A program made the translations under genes and the position numbers. The notes beneath the pieces are model-generated. The model searched no databases, was not told the origin of the DNA, and saw only the letters and a program-made list of their open reading frames with translations. From the NCBI GenBank assembly GCA_965195345.1, contig OZ239628.1, positions 1,184,001-1,248,000 of the forward strand: 64,000 bases of DNA. Direction: 5' to 3'. This stretch comes from an uncultured Thiomicrospira sp. (GTDB lineage: Bacteria; Pseudomonadota; Gammaproteobacteria; CAKMZV01). Positions 21,368-33,105 of this stretch are shown piece after piece (position 1 is the first letter of the stretch; every line of letters begins with the position of its first letter).

Positions 21368-22567
21368 ATGTCCGTGCACTTTAAGAAAAGCTTTACCCAA
21401 CAGCAACCGCTTTCAGAAAACACCATCAAAAAAGCGGTGGAGATTATGCGCACTGGCCGTTTGCATCGTTATAACAGCAATGCAGATGAAATACCTCAAG
21501 CCGCTCAACTTGAAAAGAATTTTGCTCAATACTTAGGAGTTCAGTATTGCTTAGCTTGTGCTTCTGGCGGTTATGCAATGCACATAGCCTTAAAAGCATC
21601 GGGGCTAAAAAGGGGAGATAAAGTCCTCACAAACGCTTTCACACTCTCCCCTGTTCCCGGAGCGATAGACAATGCTGGCGGGAAAGTCGTGTTGGTTGAA
21701 ATCGACACGAATTACTGCATCGATTTGGACGATCTGAAAACCAAGATGCAGAGCAGTAATGCGCGTTTTTTATTGCTTTCACACATGCGTGGACACATGG
21801 CTGACATGGATGCTATAGCTGAATTATGTGCGCAACACGATGTGATTTTGATTGAAGATTGCGCGCATACTATGGGAGCAAAGTGGAATGGAAGACATTC
21901 AGGAACGTACGCGCAAGTAGCTTGCTTCAGTACTCAAACCTATAAGCACTTAAACAGTGGCGAAGGTGGGTTGCTTACAACTAATGACCCACACATAATG
22001 GCTTCAGCAATTATTCTAAGTGGCTCTTATATGTTGTATGAAAAACATGGAACGATACCAAAAGCACATTATTTTGATAAAGTTAAATTGAAAGTTCCCA
22101 ATTACAGCGGAAGGATGGATAATTTAAGGGCTGCCTTACTCAACGAGCAATTATTAGAGCTCGAGCGAAACTGCACACATTGGAACACTTTGTATGATTT
22201 TATGGTGCAGCAAATCAGAAATATAGACGGTATAGAAATCCCTCAAAGAGACCCCAAAGAAAAGTACGTTGGGAGTTCCATACAGTTCTCTATCCCCACA
22301 CTATCTGAACAACAAATTATCACTTTCCAACAAAATTGTTTGCATCGAGGTGTTGAATTGAAATGGTTCGGCAATGAGCACCCTACTGGGTTCACCAGTC
22401 GTTACGATAGTTGGCAATTTATCGATGAAATTCCTAAACTGCCTAACACGCATGCAATTTTAGCTAAAACATTGGATATGCGTATACCATTGACTTTTGA
22501 AAAACAAGATTTGTCGCTTATTGCTCAAATAATCAAGGAAGAATTCACTCCTTTTCGCATTAATTAA
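21368..22567 (+). CDS. DegT/DnrJ/EryC1/StrS family PLP aminotransferase
   Basis: EDCAH, STQTYKHLNSGEGG PLP-lysine motif. Confidence 0.88.
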   Translation: MSVHFKKSFTQQQPLSENTIKKAVEIMRTGRLHRYNSNADEIPQAAQLEKNFAQYLGVQYCLACASGGYAMHIALKASGLKRGDKVLTNAFTLSPVPGAIDNAGGKVVLVEIDTNYCIDLDDLKTKMQSSNARFLLLSHMRGHMADMDAIAELCAQHDVILIEDCAHTMGAKWNGRHSGTYAQVACFSTQTYKHLNSGEGGLLTTNDPHIMASAIILSGSYMLYEKHGTIPKAHYFDKVKLKVPNYSGRMDNLRAALLNEQLLELERNCTHWNTLYDFMVQQIRNIDGIEIPQRDPKEKYVGSSIQFSIPTLSEQQIITFQQNCLHRGVELKWFGNEHPTGFTSRYDSWQFIDEIPKLPNTHAILAKTLDMRIPLTFEKQDLSLIAQIIKEEFTPFRIN

Positions 22568-22626
22568 TCTTTTTGAATAAGAGGTTCTCTTGATTCTCCA
22601 ATCTTCCAGTATGGCATAATTATTGA

Positions 22627-23643
22627 GTGAGAGTTCTAATCATCAAGCAATCCTCTTTAGGTGACGTTGTTCATTGTCTGCCTGCCTTGAGTGATGCCGC
22701 AGACTCCATACCAAATTTTGAAGTTGATTGGGTTGTCGAGAAAAATTTTGCAGAAATTGCAACGTGGCACCCCAACGTCAATGCAACGATAGAAATTGCT
22801 TGGAGACGTTGGAGAAAGTCATTATTTGCAAGTGAAACAAAGAAAGAAATTCATTTGTTCAAACAGCAATTACAATCCCAAAAATACGACTTAATTATTG
22901 ATGCACAGGGTCTTTATAAAAGTGCCATATTAACCAAATTGGCAAATGGGCGCAGTGTCGGTATGGATTGGACCTCCATACGTAAAGAAAAGGCCGCATC
23001 GTTTTTTTATGACGAAAAGATAACAATACCTCAAGGGCAACATGCCGTTGAACGGCTACGCCTTTTATTTGCAACAGCGCTTAACTATCCATATCGACCC
23101 GATAAGATGATAGATTACCGCATACTTCCTAATCTGCCAAAGCCTCAATATTCAAACTATGTAGTTGGTTTACATGGTACAACTTGGAAGAGTAAAGAGT
23201 TATCTAAACAATATTGGATTGAATTGGCATCAACATTGCATAAACATAGGACTATATTATTGCTTCCACATGGAAACATCGAGGAAAAGAAATTTGCCGA
23301 ATCAATTGCCAGTGTGTCAGAAAACGTTGAAGTATTACCACCATCGAATCTGTTAAGTCTTGCCAGTGTGTTAAAGCATGCCCTTGCTGTTTTTTCCGTA
23401 GATACAGGATTGGCACACCTTACTGCTGCACTCAGCACACCTTTAATAAATGTTTTTGGTGCAACTAATCCCAAACTTACTGCAGCATTAGGACAACAAG
23501 TTGAAATTTTAAAAGCGCAATACCATTGTGCACCCTGTATGACGAAACACTGCAAGTATTCAAAAACCAACCCACCTTGCTATGAGAGTATTTCAAACCG
23601 TGTTATGTGTGAAAAACTTGAAACCTTGATCAAGGGATGCTAA
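22627..23643 (+). CDS. waaC: LPS heptosyltransferase I (GT9)
   Basis: SSLGDVVH, IDAQGLYKSA, HAVERLR, DTGLAH. Confidence 0.92.
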   Translation: MRVLIIKQSSLGDVVHCLPALSDAADSIPNFEVDWVVEKNFAEIATWHPNVNATIEIAWRRWRKSLFASETKKEIHLFKQQLQSQKYDLIIDAQGLYKSAILTKLANGRSVGMDWTSIRKEKAASFFYDEKITIPQGQHAVERLRLLFATALNYPYRPDKMIDYRILPNLPKPQYSNYVVGLHGTTWKSKELSKQYWIELASTLHKHRTILLLPHGNIEEKKFAESIASVSENVEVLPPSNLLSLASVLKHALAVFSVDTGLAHLTAALSTPLINVFGATNPKLTAALGQQVEILKAQYHCAPCMTKHCKYSKTNPPCYESISNRVMCEKLETLIKGC

Positions 23644-26471
23644 ACGCATTCAAAGAACTCGCCAAGAATATAACAGGGGAGTTTCGGTTTGATGAGCCCT
23701 ATTGTTCTTTGTACGCACAAGATGCGTCTGTGTATCAAAAAAAACCTGTTGCCGTATGCATTCCTAAATTGGATGAAGACATAGCAGAAGTTCTTGGATT
23801 TGCTCGAAAGCATAATTTTTCTATCATCCCTCGTACAGGTGGCACTTCGCTTGCTGGTCAATTGGTTGGTGAGAGTATCATTCTTGACATGTCGAAATAT
23901 TACCGCACTATTATTTCAATTGATCCAGAGCAGAGGACAGCAGTGGTACAAGCGGGCGTCATTCGTAATGACTTAAACAAAGAACTTAAAAAATACGACT
24001 TGTTTTTTGCTCCAGAAACATCCACAACAAGCAGCTGTACCATCAGCGGAATGGTCGGAAACAACGCTTGTGGCACACGTTCTATTTTTTATGGAACGAC
24101 CAGAGAACATATTCGTTCAATCAAAGGGTTTCTAAGCGATGGCAGCTCCTTCAATTTTTCACCACTATCCCAAAAGGAATTGGCATCATTCAAACAAAAT
24201 AAAGGACTTGAGGGGGAAATCTATAGAGACATTGATGCATTGATCAAAAAACATGAAACGACTATAAAAGAAGCACAGCCTAACGCATCATTGATTAGAG
24301 ACAACAGTGGATATGCTTTAAACACTCTTTTGCAAAAGGGAGAAGGCTTTAATCTAAGTCGATTAATTTGCGGTTCTGAAGGAACACTGGCAATTATTAC
24401 TGAAGTAACCGTTTCTTTGAGTGAACTACCGAAACATACAGGCATAATTTGTGCGCATTTTCATTCGCTATCCGAAGCATTTAAAGCGGTGCCAAAAATA
24501 TTAGAACATCATCCGAGTGCGATTGAGTTGTTCGATCGCTCTACGCTTAATGCCAGCAAGAACAACAGTGAGCAATCAAGGAATCGATTTTGGATTGAGG
24601 ACAATCCCGAAGCGGTACAAGTGATAGAGTGCATAGCAAATGATGCACACGATTTGAAAAGAAAGTTACAAACGATTAGCGAAGCACTGAGTAATACTGC
24701 TTATGCCCTACCGATTCTTCACGCAAATGAAATGGAAAAAGTATGGAATCTACGCAAAGCTTCTCTTGGTTTGCTCATGGGCGAAAAGGAGAACAAAAAA
24801 GCAGTTGCCGTAATTGAAGATGCTGCAATACCAATCCCGCATTTGTTAGACTACGTCGTTCAAATGCAAGAATACGCTAAACAAAATAACATTGATTTGG
24901 TAATTTATGGACACGCTTCTGTTGGAGTGATACATATGCGTCCAAAACTCGATTTGGAGATAACTGATGATAAACTGTTATTCGAAAAAATTGCCCAATA
25001 CTCTGCAGAGTTGGTCAAACAATACAATGGATCCATTTCTGGTGAGCATGGAGATGGCAGGCTACGTTCAAAATGGCTACCGTGGATTCACGGTAAAGAA
25101 TATCATCAATTACTCATTAAAGTTAAACATCTTTTTGACCCAAACAACCGATTAAACCCTGGGAAAATAACGCAAATTCAACCTTTAGTTGAAGATTTTC
25201 GTCCTACCTTGAGCACAGAGTTCAATAAAGAAGTGCGTTTTAATTGGGAGAAAGAAAGCAGTTTTTCTGCTGCCATTCAAAAATGTAACGGCTCGGGTGC
25301 TTGCCGCAAAAGTGACGGGTTGATGTGTCCTTCATTCCAAGCTACGCAAGAAGAATCCCTTTCTACGCGAGGACGTGCAAATTTATTACGGCATATTTTT
25401 TCAGCAAAAGATCCAAAAGCACTTTTCAATCTTCCCTTAATTAAAGAAGCATTAGATACTTGTCTATCTTGCAAAGCCTGTAAAACTGAGTGCCCTGCCA
25501 GTGTCGATATGGCGAAAATAAAATCCGAGTTTTTGAATTTGCGTGCTACGAAGGGCATGCTTAGTGGGCAAGAAAAACGCCAACGCATGGCTATTAAGAA
25601 GTTTCCATTCTTGCTGAAGCTACAGAGTAGTCAACCAATATTTAGTCATATTGCTAATTTGAACGTTATAAAAAAATTGTTAGGTGTTGATCCGCAGAGA
25701 AACTTCCCACATGCCGTTAAACCTTTCCATTCTCAGTGGGAATCACTTCAGAGTGCACTACAGAAAGCATTGCCTGAAAAAGAGCAACTTAGACCTATTG
25801 GGCTAATCATTGACTTGTACAGCAACTTCTACGAGCCTCATGTGTCAATAGCTACTTGTAAAGTTCTCAATAAACTCGGTTATAAGATCTTCCCTGTGTT
25901 TCTTACACATTCCCCAAGATTACTTATTAGCAGTGGTATGCTGCTTGAAGCAACCGAAGTATTGATGAAGTTGAGGATACAAATGGCTCAATTGAAAGTG
26001 GATCATTGGATTGGCATTGAACCTTCAGAAACTTTAGTCTTTAGAGATGATTGCAGCGATTTGATTGGCAATGTTCTTCCTAAAGTATGGTTGCTTGATG
26101 AGTTTTTACCCACCCCATTGTCCAAGCAGGAACATTTAAAGCCTAAAGATGAAACTGTTTATTTGCACACCCATTGTCATCAGCGTACTCTTGTTAAAAA
26201 CACTGCTGAATTGATGCTTAAATGCATTCCAAAAATTAAAGTTAAGCATATTGAAAGCAGTTGTTGCGGTATGGCAGGCCAATTTGGGTATCAACACTTC
26301 CAGTTATCAAAGAAAATTGCCGAAAAAGGAATATTAAAATGCGTCAATGGGATAGATAAAAACGCGATCATCGTAACTGCTGGTACATCATGTCGACATC
26401 AATTTATTGATTTATCCAAACATCGTCCCATTCATCCAATTGAATTGATAGTACAAACGTTGAGCCTTTAA
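23637..26471 (+). CDS. FAD-binding / Fe-S oxidoreductase (YdiJ-like GlcD-GlcF fusion, 2-hydroxyacid dehydrogenase)
   Basis: GGTSLAGQ, GSEGTL, GEHGDG, CLSCKACKTECP, CCGMAG. Confidence 0.88.
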   Translation: MLNAFKELAKNITGEFRFDEPYCSLYAQDASVYQKKPVAVCIPKLDEDIAEVLGFARKHNFSIIPRTGGTSLAGQLVGESIILDMSKYYRTIISIDPEQRTAVVQAGVIRNDLNKELKKYDLFFAPETSTTSSCTISGMVGNNACGTRSIFYGTTREHIRSIKGFLSDGSSFNFSPLSQKELASFKQNKGLEGEIYRDIDALIKKHETTIKEAQPNASLIRDNSGYALNTLLQKGEGFNLSRLICGSEGTLAIITEVTVSLSELPKHTGIICAHFHSLSEAFKAVPKILEHHPSAIELFDRSTLNASKNNSEQSRNRFWIEDNPEAVQVIECIANDAHDLKRKLQTISEALSNTAYALPILHANEMEKVWNLRKASLGLLMGEKENKKAVAVIEDAAIPIPHLLDYVVQMQEYAKQNNIDLVIYGHASVGVIHMRPKLDLEITDDKLLFEKIAQYSAELVKQYNGSISGEHGDGRLRSKWLPWIHGKEYHQLLIKVKHLFDPNNRLNPGKITQIQPLVEDFRPTLSTEFNKEVRFNWEKESSFSAAIQKCNGSGACRKSDGLMCPSFQATQEESLSTRGRANLLRHIFSAKDPKALFNLPLIKEALDTCLSCKACKTECPASVDMAKIKSEFLNLRATKGMLSGQEKRQRMAIKKFPFLLKLQSSQPIFSHIANLNVIKKLLGVDPQRNFPHAVKPFHSQWESLQSALQKALPEKEQLRPIGLIIDLYSNFYEPHVSIATCKVLNKLGYKIFPVFLTHSPRLLISSGMLLEATEVLMKLRIQMAQLKVDHWIGIEPSETLVFRDDCSDLIGNVLPKVWLLDEFLPTPLSKQEHLKPKDETVYLHTHCHQRTLVKNTAELMLKCIPKIKVKHIESSCCGMAGQFGYQHFQLSKKIAEKGILKCVNGIDKNAIIVTAGTSCRHQFIDLSKHRPIHPIELIVQTLSL

Positions 26472-26480
26472 TATCGTTGA

Positions 26481-27977
26481 TTATTGCGTATTATGCATTT
26501 CAATCGAATCAATGCTTGGCACTACGCGCGCCAATTTTCTCGTAGCCAGCAATTTGTTCAAATACGATTGTGTGATATTTCCAGTTGTATAGCAGCCATT
26601 AAAACAAGAAGCATCAAAGCCATCAAGTTTTGGATTTAGTGCTTTCAAAACTGAGATCATATCGTCCAATTCTTGATAAAACAAGGCATCTGCGCCGATG
26701 AACTCGCAAACTTCTTCAACGCTACGCTCATGTGCTATTAACTCTTGTTGACTGGGCATGTCGATACCATAAACGTATTGATGTCTAACTGGAGGAGAAG
26801 CTGAGGCGAAATATATCTTTTTTGCACCCGCTGACTTTGCCAAACGAACAATTTCTCTTGAAGTTGTACCACGCACGATGGAATCATCAACAAGTAAAAC
26901 ATTTTTACCATTCAGTTCGGAGTGTATAGGATTGAGCTTTCTTCTAACCGATTTTGTTCTTAACTTTTGTCCAGGCATTATAAAAGTTCGTCCAATGTAG
27001 CGATTTTTTATAAACCCTTCTCTAAAGTCAACTTTTAATCCTTTAGCCAATTCAAGTGCTGCAGTACGTGATGTGTCGGGTATTGGCATGACCACTTCAA
27101 CTTGCAGTTTTTCTTTAAATGGTGCAATTCTTTTAGCGAGCATCTCACCCATTTTCAAACGCGCTTGATATACAGAAATGCCGTCCATTATGGTATCAGG
27201 TCGTGCAAAGTATACATATTCAAATAAACAAGGCGAATACTTCTTGCGTTCACCGCATTGAAATGAAGTTAATTCTCCATCGGTATCAATGAAGATTGCT
27301 TCTCCTGGGAGAATATCTCTTTCACGTTCAAACCCTAATATATCAAATGCCACACTTTCTGAAGCAACAACCCACTCCTCACCAACAAGGTTTTTCTTTT
27401 TCCCCAAAATCAAAGGTCTTAATCCATAAGGGTCTCGAAAAGCAAATAAACCAAAATGCGCAATCATTCCAACTACTGCATAAGCACCCTCTGCTCTTTT
27501 ATGAACCTTTGTTATTGCATTGAAAAGCGTTTTTTTGCTAAGCGATTTGCTATTACCAATTTCATCAGCAAACACGTTCAATAGCACTTCAGAGTCTGAA
27601 AAAGTGTTAATGTGTCGGCGATCTTTTGCGAAGATCTCTTGAGCTAAAACTTCCGCATTGGTTAAATTCCCATTATGTCCCATTACTATCCCATAAGGCG
27701 AATTCACATACAAAGGTTGTGCTTCTGCGCTTGAATCAGCACCTGCTGTTGGATAGCGCACATGCCCTATTCCGCTTCTTCCGCGCAAAATTTTCAAATG
27801 CTCTTCTCGGAAAACATCGCGGACTAAGCCTGTGTTTTTTCGTAGACAAAACTGCCCTTCTTCACTCCATGTAACAATGCCAGCAGCATCCTGTCCACGG
27901 TGTTGCAACATACTAAGCCCTTCATACAAAGAATGTATAACATCGCTATGACCAACCATACCTATAATTCCACACAT
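26481..27977 (-). CDS. purF: Amidophosphoribosyltransferase
   Basis: MCGIIG, QHRGQDAAG, VDDSIVRGTTS. Confidence 0.98.
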   Translation of the reverse strand: MCGIIGMVGHSDVIHSLYEGLSMLQHRGQDAAGIVTWSEEGQFCLRKNTGLVRDVFREEHLKILRGRSGIGHVRYPTAGADSSAEAQPLYVNSPYGIVMGHNGNLTNAEVLAQEIFAKDRRHINTFSDSEVLLNVFADEIGNSKSLSKKTLFNAITKVHKRAEGAYAVVGMIAHFGLFAFRDPYGLRPLILGKKKNLVGEEWVVASESVAFDILGFERERDILPGEAIFIDTDGELTSFQCGERKKYSPCLFEYVYFARPDTIMDGISVYQARLKMGEMLAKRIAPFKEKLQVEVVMPIPDTSRTAALELAKGLKVDFREGFIKNRYIGRTFIMPGQKLRTKSVRRKLNPIHSELNGKNVLLVDDSIVRGTTSREIVRLAKSAGAKKIYFASASPPVRHQYVYGIDMPSQQELIAHERSVEEVCEFIGADALFYQELDDMISVLKALNPKLDGFDASCFNGCYTTGNITQSYLNKLLATRKLARVVPSIDSIEMHNTQ

Positions 27978-27978
27978 A

Positions 27979-28428
27979 TTATGAATTCACTTTAAATATA
28001 AAACTTTTGATTTTTAACTGCCTATTCAACTCATCACGATACTTTTCAGCTTCTGGACGCTTTACAAATGGGCCCATTCGCAATAGATATAATGATTTTC
28101 CCTCTTGCTCTTTCTTAATTCTATAAATAGGAAAGTTTGCATTTTTCAATTTCTTTTCGAGTGCTTTGGCGTAGCGTTCTTCAGAAAATGCCCCCAGTTG
28201 AATAATCCAAATGGAATCATTTTCTTGTGCTTTTTTTGCTGTGATTTCTTTTTCAAAATCATCAGTGATTTTGGGTGCTTCTTCAACTTTGAAATCAACG
28301 GTAAGAACCTTTTCAGTATTTGATTTTTTTGTGACGCGATCAAGACCTATCCAAGTCAGAATCTGCAACATTATTAATACTGGAATAATCCAAATAGCTA
28401 TGCCGATGGCAATGGCTCGCTTATTCAC
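27979..28428 (-). CDS. dedD: SPOR-domain cell division protein (DedD-like)
   Basis: N-terminal TM plus WIIQLGAF..LRMGPF SPOR domain; between folC and purF. Confidence 0.75.
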   Translation of the reverse strand: MNKRAIAIGIAIWIIPVLIMLQILTWIGLDRVTKKSNTEKVLTVDFKVEEAPKITDDFEKEITAKKAQENDSIWIIQLGAFSEERYAKALEKKLKNANFPIYRIKKEQEGKSLYLLRMGPFVKRPEAEKYRDELNRQLKIKSFIFKVNS

Positions 28429-29725
28429 TTGATTGCTCTGTCAAATATTTCTGTTGCAGCGTCAAAGCATCTTTAACAACCATAAATGAACCAAAAGCCA
28501 GTAAGGGGAATGGACTGTTTTTATTCAAGGCTTTAAACCATAACGCATCAAAATTTTCGCCTGTCGTAATATTTGACTCATGAATTCCCGAGTTAATCAA
28601 GACATCATGGATTATATCCAATCCAGCGTTTCGAAAACCACTTGATGTATCTTCTAATTGATATATATACCAATGTTGAACTATGGGTTTGATTTTAAGA
28701 ATATTCCCTTCTATATCTTTATCGGCGAATGAAGAAAAAATCACGTCTATTTTCTTGAAATTTTCTTGAACATGATGCGCTAATTCTGTGACTGCTTGTG
28801 GATTATGACCAACGTCAACCAGTAATTTCTTATTTGGCATGCTCAAAATTTGAAGTCGCCCATTCAAAGTGATTTGTTGCAGTCCTTCAACAGTATCCTC
28901 TTTATTTAGAGGGCAGACTTGCTTCAATGCTGCGATAGAACAAGCAGCATTTGCCACCTGATAATCACCCGATAGAGCCGGTCTAGGAAGATTTTCGAAC
29001 AGAATATTGTCATCTTGATAGCTCCATGAATTAAAAGGAGGAAATTTTTGCACTGCTCGTTGCTTTTTTGATACAAAATAACCGCTGTCGCTTTTATTTA
29101 TAAACGAAACTTGTGCATCGCATTCCAACGCCTTATTGACATTTACTTCAATGCCAGCACCAATAACAAGAGGCATTTCAGAGCGGGCTATTCCAGCCTT
29201 CTCTTTGAAGATGTTTGTCAAATCCTTTCCCAAAAAGGCTTCGTGATCGTTGGCTATTGAAGTGATAACCGAACAATCAGCATCAATAATGTTTACTGCA
29301 TCAAGTCGACCACCTAATCCAACCTCGAGAATCGCCAGATCTACTTGGCTTTTAGCAATAATATGAAAAATGGCAAGTGTTGTGAATTCAAAATAAGTTA
29401 ACTCAACATGATCTCGTGTATTTTCAACTTCTTCAAAAGCATTCAATAATTTCTCATCGCTAACCTCTTGTCCGCACAAACGAAGGCGTTCGTTAAAGTG
29501 GAGTAGATGAGGCGATGTATATACTGCGGTGCGAAGACCATGAGAGCGTGCGAGAGAATCAATAATGGCGCAACAAGAACCCTTTCCGTTAGTTCCTGCT
29601 ACAGTAATAGTGTGGGTGGCTATCTTTTCAATTCCCAGTTTTTCGGCAACACTTTTAGCCCTGTCAAGCCCCATATGAATGTTTTGGGGATGTTGAAGAC
29701 GTGTCAACCACTTATCAACACGCAT
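28421..29725 (-). CDS. folC: Folylpolyglutamate synthase / dihydrofolate synthase
   Basis: VAGTNGKGS, YTSPHL, LEVGLGGRLDAVN. Confidence 0.96.
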   Translation of the reverse strand: MRVDKWLTRLQHPQNIHMGLDRAKSVAEKLGIEKIATHTITVAGTNGKGSCCAIIDSLARSHGLRTAVYTSPHLLHFNERLRLCGQEVSDEKLLNAFEEVENTRDHVELTYFEFTTLAIFHIIAKSQVDLAILEVGLGGRLDAVNIIDADCSVITSIANDHEAFLGKDLTNIFKEKAGIARSEMPLVIGAGIEVNVNKALECDAQVSFINKSDSGYFVSKKQRAVQKFPPFNSWSYQDDNILFENLPRPALSGDYQVANAACSIAALKQVCPLNKEDTVEGLQQITLNGRLQILSMPNKKLLVDVGHNPQAVTELAHHVQENFKKIDVIFSSFADKDIEGNILKIKPIVQHWYIYQLEDTSSGFRNAGLDIIHDVLINSGIHESNITTGENFDALWFKALNKNSPFPLLAFGSFMVVKDALTLQQKYLTEQSSE

Positions 29726-29743
29726 AACTAATAGATTCTATAT

Positions 29744-30607
29744 TTATAAAGAATGTCTATTTCCAGACATAAGTAAACCGAGTATCTCAAAAATACGATC
29801 GCGCATATCAAGACGTTTTACTATCATATCTATACAACCGTGATCAAGCAAAAACTCACTTCTTTGAAAACCCTCTGGAAGTTTTTCACGAATTGTTTGC
29901 TCTATTACACGAGGTCCAGCGAAGCCAATCAATGCTTTAGGTTCTGCAATGATAACGTCGCCGAGCATGGCAAGGCTCGCAGAGACACCGCCCATCGTTG
30001 GATCTGTTAGCACTGAAATAAAAGGCAATTTGTTTTTTTGCATTTTTTTAAGCACAGCACTTGTTTTAGCCATTTGAGTTAGAGAAAGCATCGATTCTTG
30101 CATACGTGCACCACCGCTGGCTGAAAAGCACACATGTGGAACTTTCTCTTGGATTGCATAATCGCATGCGCGTCTGAACTTTTCGCCCACAACTGAACCC
30201 ATAGAACCGCCTAAAAAATTAAAATCGAAAGCAGAAGCAACAACAGGCATGCCCTTTAATCGACCAGACATAACAAGCATCGCTTCCTTTTCACCAGTTG
30301 AGCGTTTTGCATCCGTAATGCGGTCAACATATCTCTTAGTATCACGGAATTTCAAGCTGTCGATTGCCTCCAAAGATTGAGCCAATTCTTCTTTACCGTC
30401 TTCATCAAGAAAAAGGTCAAGCCTTTTTCGTCCAGTTAGGCGTAGATGATGTTCACATTTATTGCACACATACTGACGTTTATCGACTTCAATACTGTAC
30501 AGCGTAGCGCTGCAATCAGGACACTTAATCCAAATTCCCTCGGGTACGCTTGTTTCTTTGCGGCTTGTTTGGATTTTTGATGGGATTAATTTTTCAAACC
30601 AATTCAT
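29744..30607 (-). CDS. accD: Acetyl-CoA carboxylase carboxyltransferase beta subunit
   Basis: Zinc finger, [28 protein letters not shown]. Confidence 0.98.
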   Translation of the reverse strand: MNWFEKLIPSKIQTSRKETSVPEGIWIKCPDCSATLYSIEVDKRQYVCNKCEHHLRLTGRKRLDLFLDEDGKEELAQSLEAIDSLKFRDTKRYVDRITDAKRSTGEKEAMLVMSGRLKGMPVVASAFDFNFLGGSMGSVVGEKFRRACDYAIQEKVPHVCFSASGGARMQESMLSLTQMAKTSAVLKKMQKNKLPFISVLTDPTMGGVSASLAMLGDVIIAEPKALIGFAGPRVIEQTIREKLPEGFQRSEFLLDHGCIDMIVKRLDMRDRIFEILGLLMSGNRHSL

Positions 30608-31470
30608 ATCAGAGCTCTCTCATAGCCTTCAATATTTTTCTTATTAGGCATTGTTGTTAAATCATTGTTGTTTTTTGCATCCATTGCTTCACGCATTCTA
30701 CTCAACAAGTCAAGCATTTGTTCGCGCGCGCCATCGTAGTCATCCTGTCCAAGTACTTTAATTAAAGCACTGCCTACAACTACTGCATCGGCAATGGACG
30801 AAATTTGTTCTGCCTGTTCAGGAGTGCTTATACCAAATCCTACGCCAACAGGAACGCTTGAGTGCATTTTTATTTCCTGTATTTTTTCCTTAACACTTGA
30901 GAAATCCAAAATGCTGTCTCCTGTTACTCCTTTGATAGAAACATAGTATACAAAACCTGTAGCCTGTTTACAAATCATTTGCATGCGTTCACTTGACGTT
31001 GTCGGTGCAGTTAAAAAGATAATGTCAATATTATTCTGTTTGGCAATATTGAGTAAATGCGAGTTCTCCTCAGGAGGACTGTCTACTAATAAAATTCCAT
31101 CAATACCAGCTTTGACAGCCTTTTGCATGAAAGTGTCAACGCCCATAGCAATAATGGGATTCAAATAGCCCATTAAGACTATCGGTGTAGCTTCGTCGTG
31201 CTTGCGAAAATCAGTAACTATTTGTAAAAAACCATTCAAAGACATACCATTCGCCAAGGCCACATCACTGGAATGTTGAATGATTGGACCATCCGCCATA
31301 GGATCTGAAAAAGGCATGCCCAATTCAATGACATCTGCGCCAACACTGACCATGTCATGCAATAATTTTGGAAAAACTTCCCTTTTTGGGTATCCTGCTG
31401 TAATAAAAGGAATTAACGCTGTTTGGTTATTTGCACGCAACTGTGCAAATGTGTCTTTGAGACGATTCAT
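30604..31470 (-). CDS. trpA: Tryptophan synthase alpha subunit
   Basis: [26 protein letters not shown]. Confidence 0.98.
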   Translation of the reverse strand: MNRLKDTFAQLRANNQTALIPFITAGYPKREVFPKLLHDMVSVGADVIELGMPFSDPMADGPIIQHSSDVALANGMSLNGFLQIVTDFRKHDEATPIVLMGYLNPIIAMGVDTFMQKAVKAGIDGILLVDSPPEENSHLLNIAKQNNIDIIFLTAPTTSSERMQMICKQATGFVYYVSIKGVTGDSILDFSSVKEKIQEIKMHSSVPVGVGFGISTPEQAEQISSIADAVVVGSALIKVLGQDDYDGAREQMLDLLSRMREAMDAKNNNDLTTMPNKKNIEGYERALI

Positions 31471-32666
31471 GAATCGTCCTCTCTTTCCTCAAGCGAGCGC
31501 ATTGTTTCGATGTCTTTATCACCGCGTCCCGACATACAAACGACGATGGTTTGATCTTTTTGCATTTTCGGTGCTAATTTGCGCGTATAAGCTAAAGCAT
31601 GAGCGCTCTCTAATGCTGGAATAATTCCTTCCATTCGTGTTACTTCATAGAATGCTTCAATAACTTCTTCATCGGTTACACTGGTGTACTCCACACGATT
31701 ACTATCTTTAAGCCAAGAGTGCTCAGGACCAACGCCCGGATAATCTAAACCAGCAGAAATAGAATGCGTGGATGATATTTGACCGTTTTCATCAGACATA
31801 AGATAGGTGTTATTACCGTGCAATATGCCTGGTTTACCTGCACATAACGGAGCGGCGTGTAATCCAGTTGACAAGCCAAGACCACCTGCTTCTACACCAT
31901 AGAGCTTAACTTTTTCATCTCGCACGAAGTCATGGAAAATACCAATTGCGTTAGAACCACCGCCAACGCAGGCAACAACAGCATCTGGAAGCGCTTGTCC
32001 TGTTTCAGGCATTTGTCTTCTTACTTCTTCTCCAATGATTTTTTGAAAATCACGCACCATGACGGGATATGGATGAGGACCAGCAACCGTGCCAATCACA
32101 TAAAAAGTATTATCAACATTTTTAACCCAATCACGTAACGCTTCATTTAAAGCATCCTTCAATGTTTTTGTTCCCGAATGAACAGGCACTACTTTAGCAC
32201 CGAGCATTTCCATCCGATGCACATTCGATGCTTGTCGTTCAGTATCAGTAGACCCCATATAAACAACGCACTCTAAGTCCATACGGGCGGCAATAGTAGC
32301 GCTAGCAACACCGTGCTGCCCTGCTCCTGTTTCAGCAATCAAACGTGTTTTCCCCATACGCTTAGCAAGCATTATTTGACCAATTGTGTTGTTGATCTTA
32401 TGCGCGCCCGTATGGTTTAAATCCTCTCGCTTAAAATAGATTTTTGCACCGCCAAACATTTCAGACCATCGCTGTGCAAAATAAAGCGGTGAAGGCCGAC
32501 CAACATAATGTTTTAAAGTGTTTTGGATTTCTTTTTGAAATGCAACGTCTTTAGAGGCTTCTTCATAAGCTTTTTCAAGATCCGCTAAAGGTTTTATAAG
32601 TGTTTCAGCAACGTACTTGCCACCATAATCACCAAAATAGCCATGCTCATCAGGAAAGGTTTTCAT
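31467..32666 (-). CDS. trpB: Tryptophan synthase beta subunit
   Basis: [35 protein letters not shown]. Confidence 0.98.
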   Translation of the reverse strand: MKTFPDEHGYFGDYGGKYVAETLIKPLADLEKAYEEASKDVAFQKEIQNTLKHYVGRPSPLYFAQRWSEMFGGAKIYFKREDLNHTGAHKINNTIGQIMLAKRMGKTRLIAETGAGQHGVASATIAARMDLECVVYMGSTDTERQASNVHRMEMLGAKVVPVHSGTKTLKDALNEALRDWVKNVDNTFYVIGTVAGPHPYPVMVRDFQKIIGEEVRRQMPETGQALPDAVVACVGGGSNAIGIFHDFVRDEKVKLYGVEAGGLGLSTGLHAAPLCAGKPGILHGNNTYLMSDENGQISSTHSISAGLDYPGVGPEHSWLKDSNRVEYTSVTDEEVIEAFYEVTRMEGIIPALESAHALAYTRKLAPKMQKDQTIVVCMSGRGDKDIETMRSLEEREDDS

Positions 32667-33046
32667 TCGCGCTCCAATAATTCAATTTCATAGCCATCGG
32701 GATCTTGAATAAAAGCGAGTAAAGTAGTTCCTGCGTTCATTGGACCGGGTTCACGGCTTATTACTCCGCCCATAGAACGTATCCGTTCACAAGTGGCGTA
32801 TAAATCAGAAACACCTATGGCAAGATGACCAAAAGCATCCCCGTGGGTATACGAATCAGTATCCCAGTTATGCGTTAGTTCCAATGCAGTAACTTCGCTT
32901 TCTTCGCCATAAGACAAAAAAGCCAGAGTAAATCTCCCTTCAGGGTAGTCTTTTTGCCGGAGTAATCGCATATCTAAAACATTCGTGTAAAAGTCAACGG
33001 ACTTTTGCAAATCAACGACACGTAGCATGGTGTGTAAAAAACGCAT
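32663..33046 (-). CDS. gloA: Lactoylglutathione lyase (glyoxalase I)
   Basis: [26 protein letters not shown]. Confidence 0.95.
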   Translation of the reverse strand: MRFLHTMLRVVDLQKSVDFYTNVLDMRLLRQKDYPEGRFTLAFLSYGEESEVTALELTHNWDTDSYTHGDAFGHLAIGVSDLYATCERIRSMGGVISREPGPMNAGTTLLAFIQDPDGYEIELLERE

Positions 33047-33105
33047 AATTTAATGTCTAGTAAAGAAAAACTTGAATACGCTAAAAAAATCAAATAAAAA
33101 AGACA

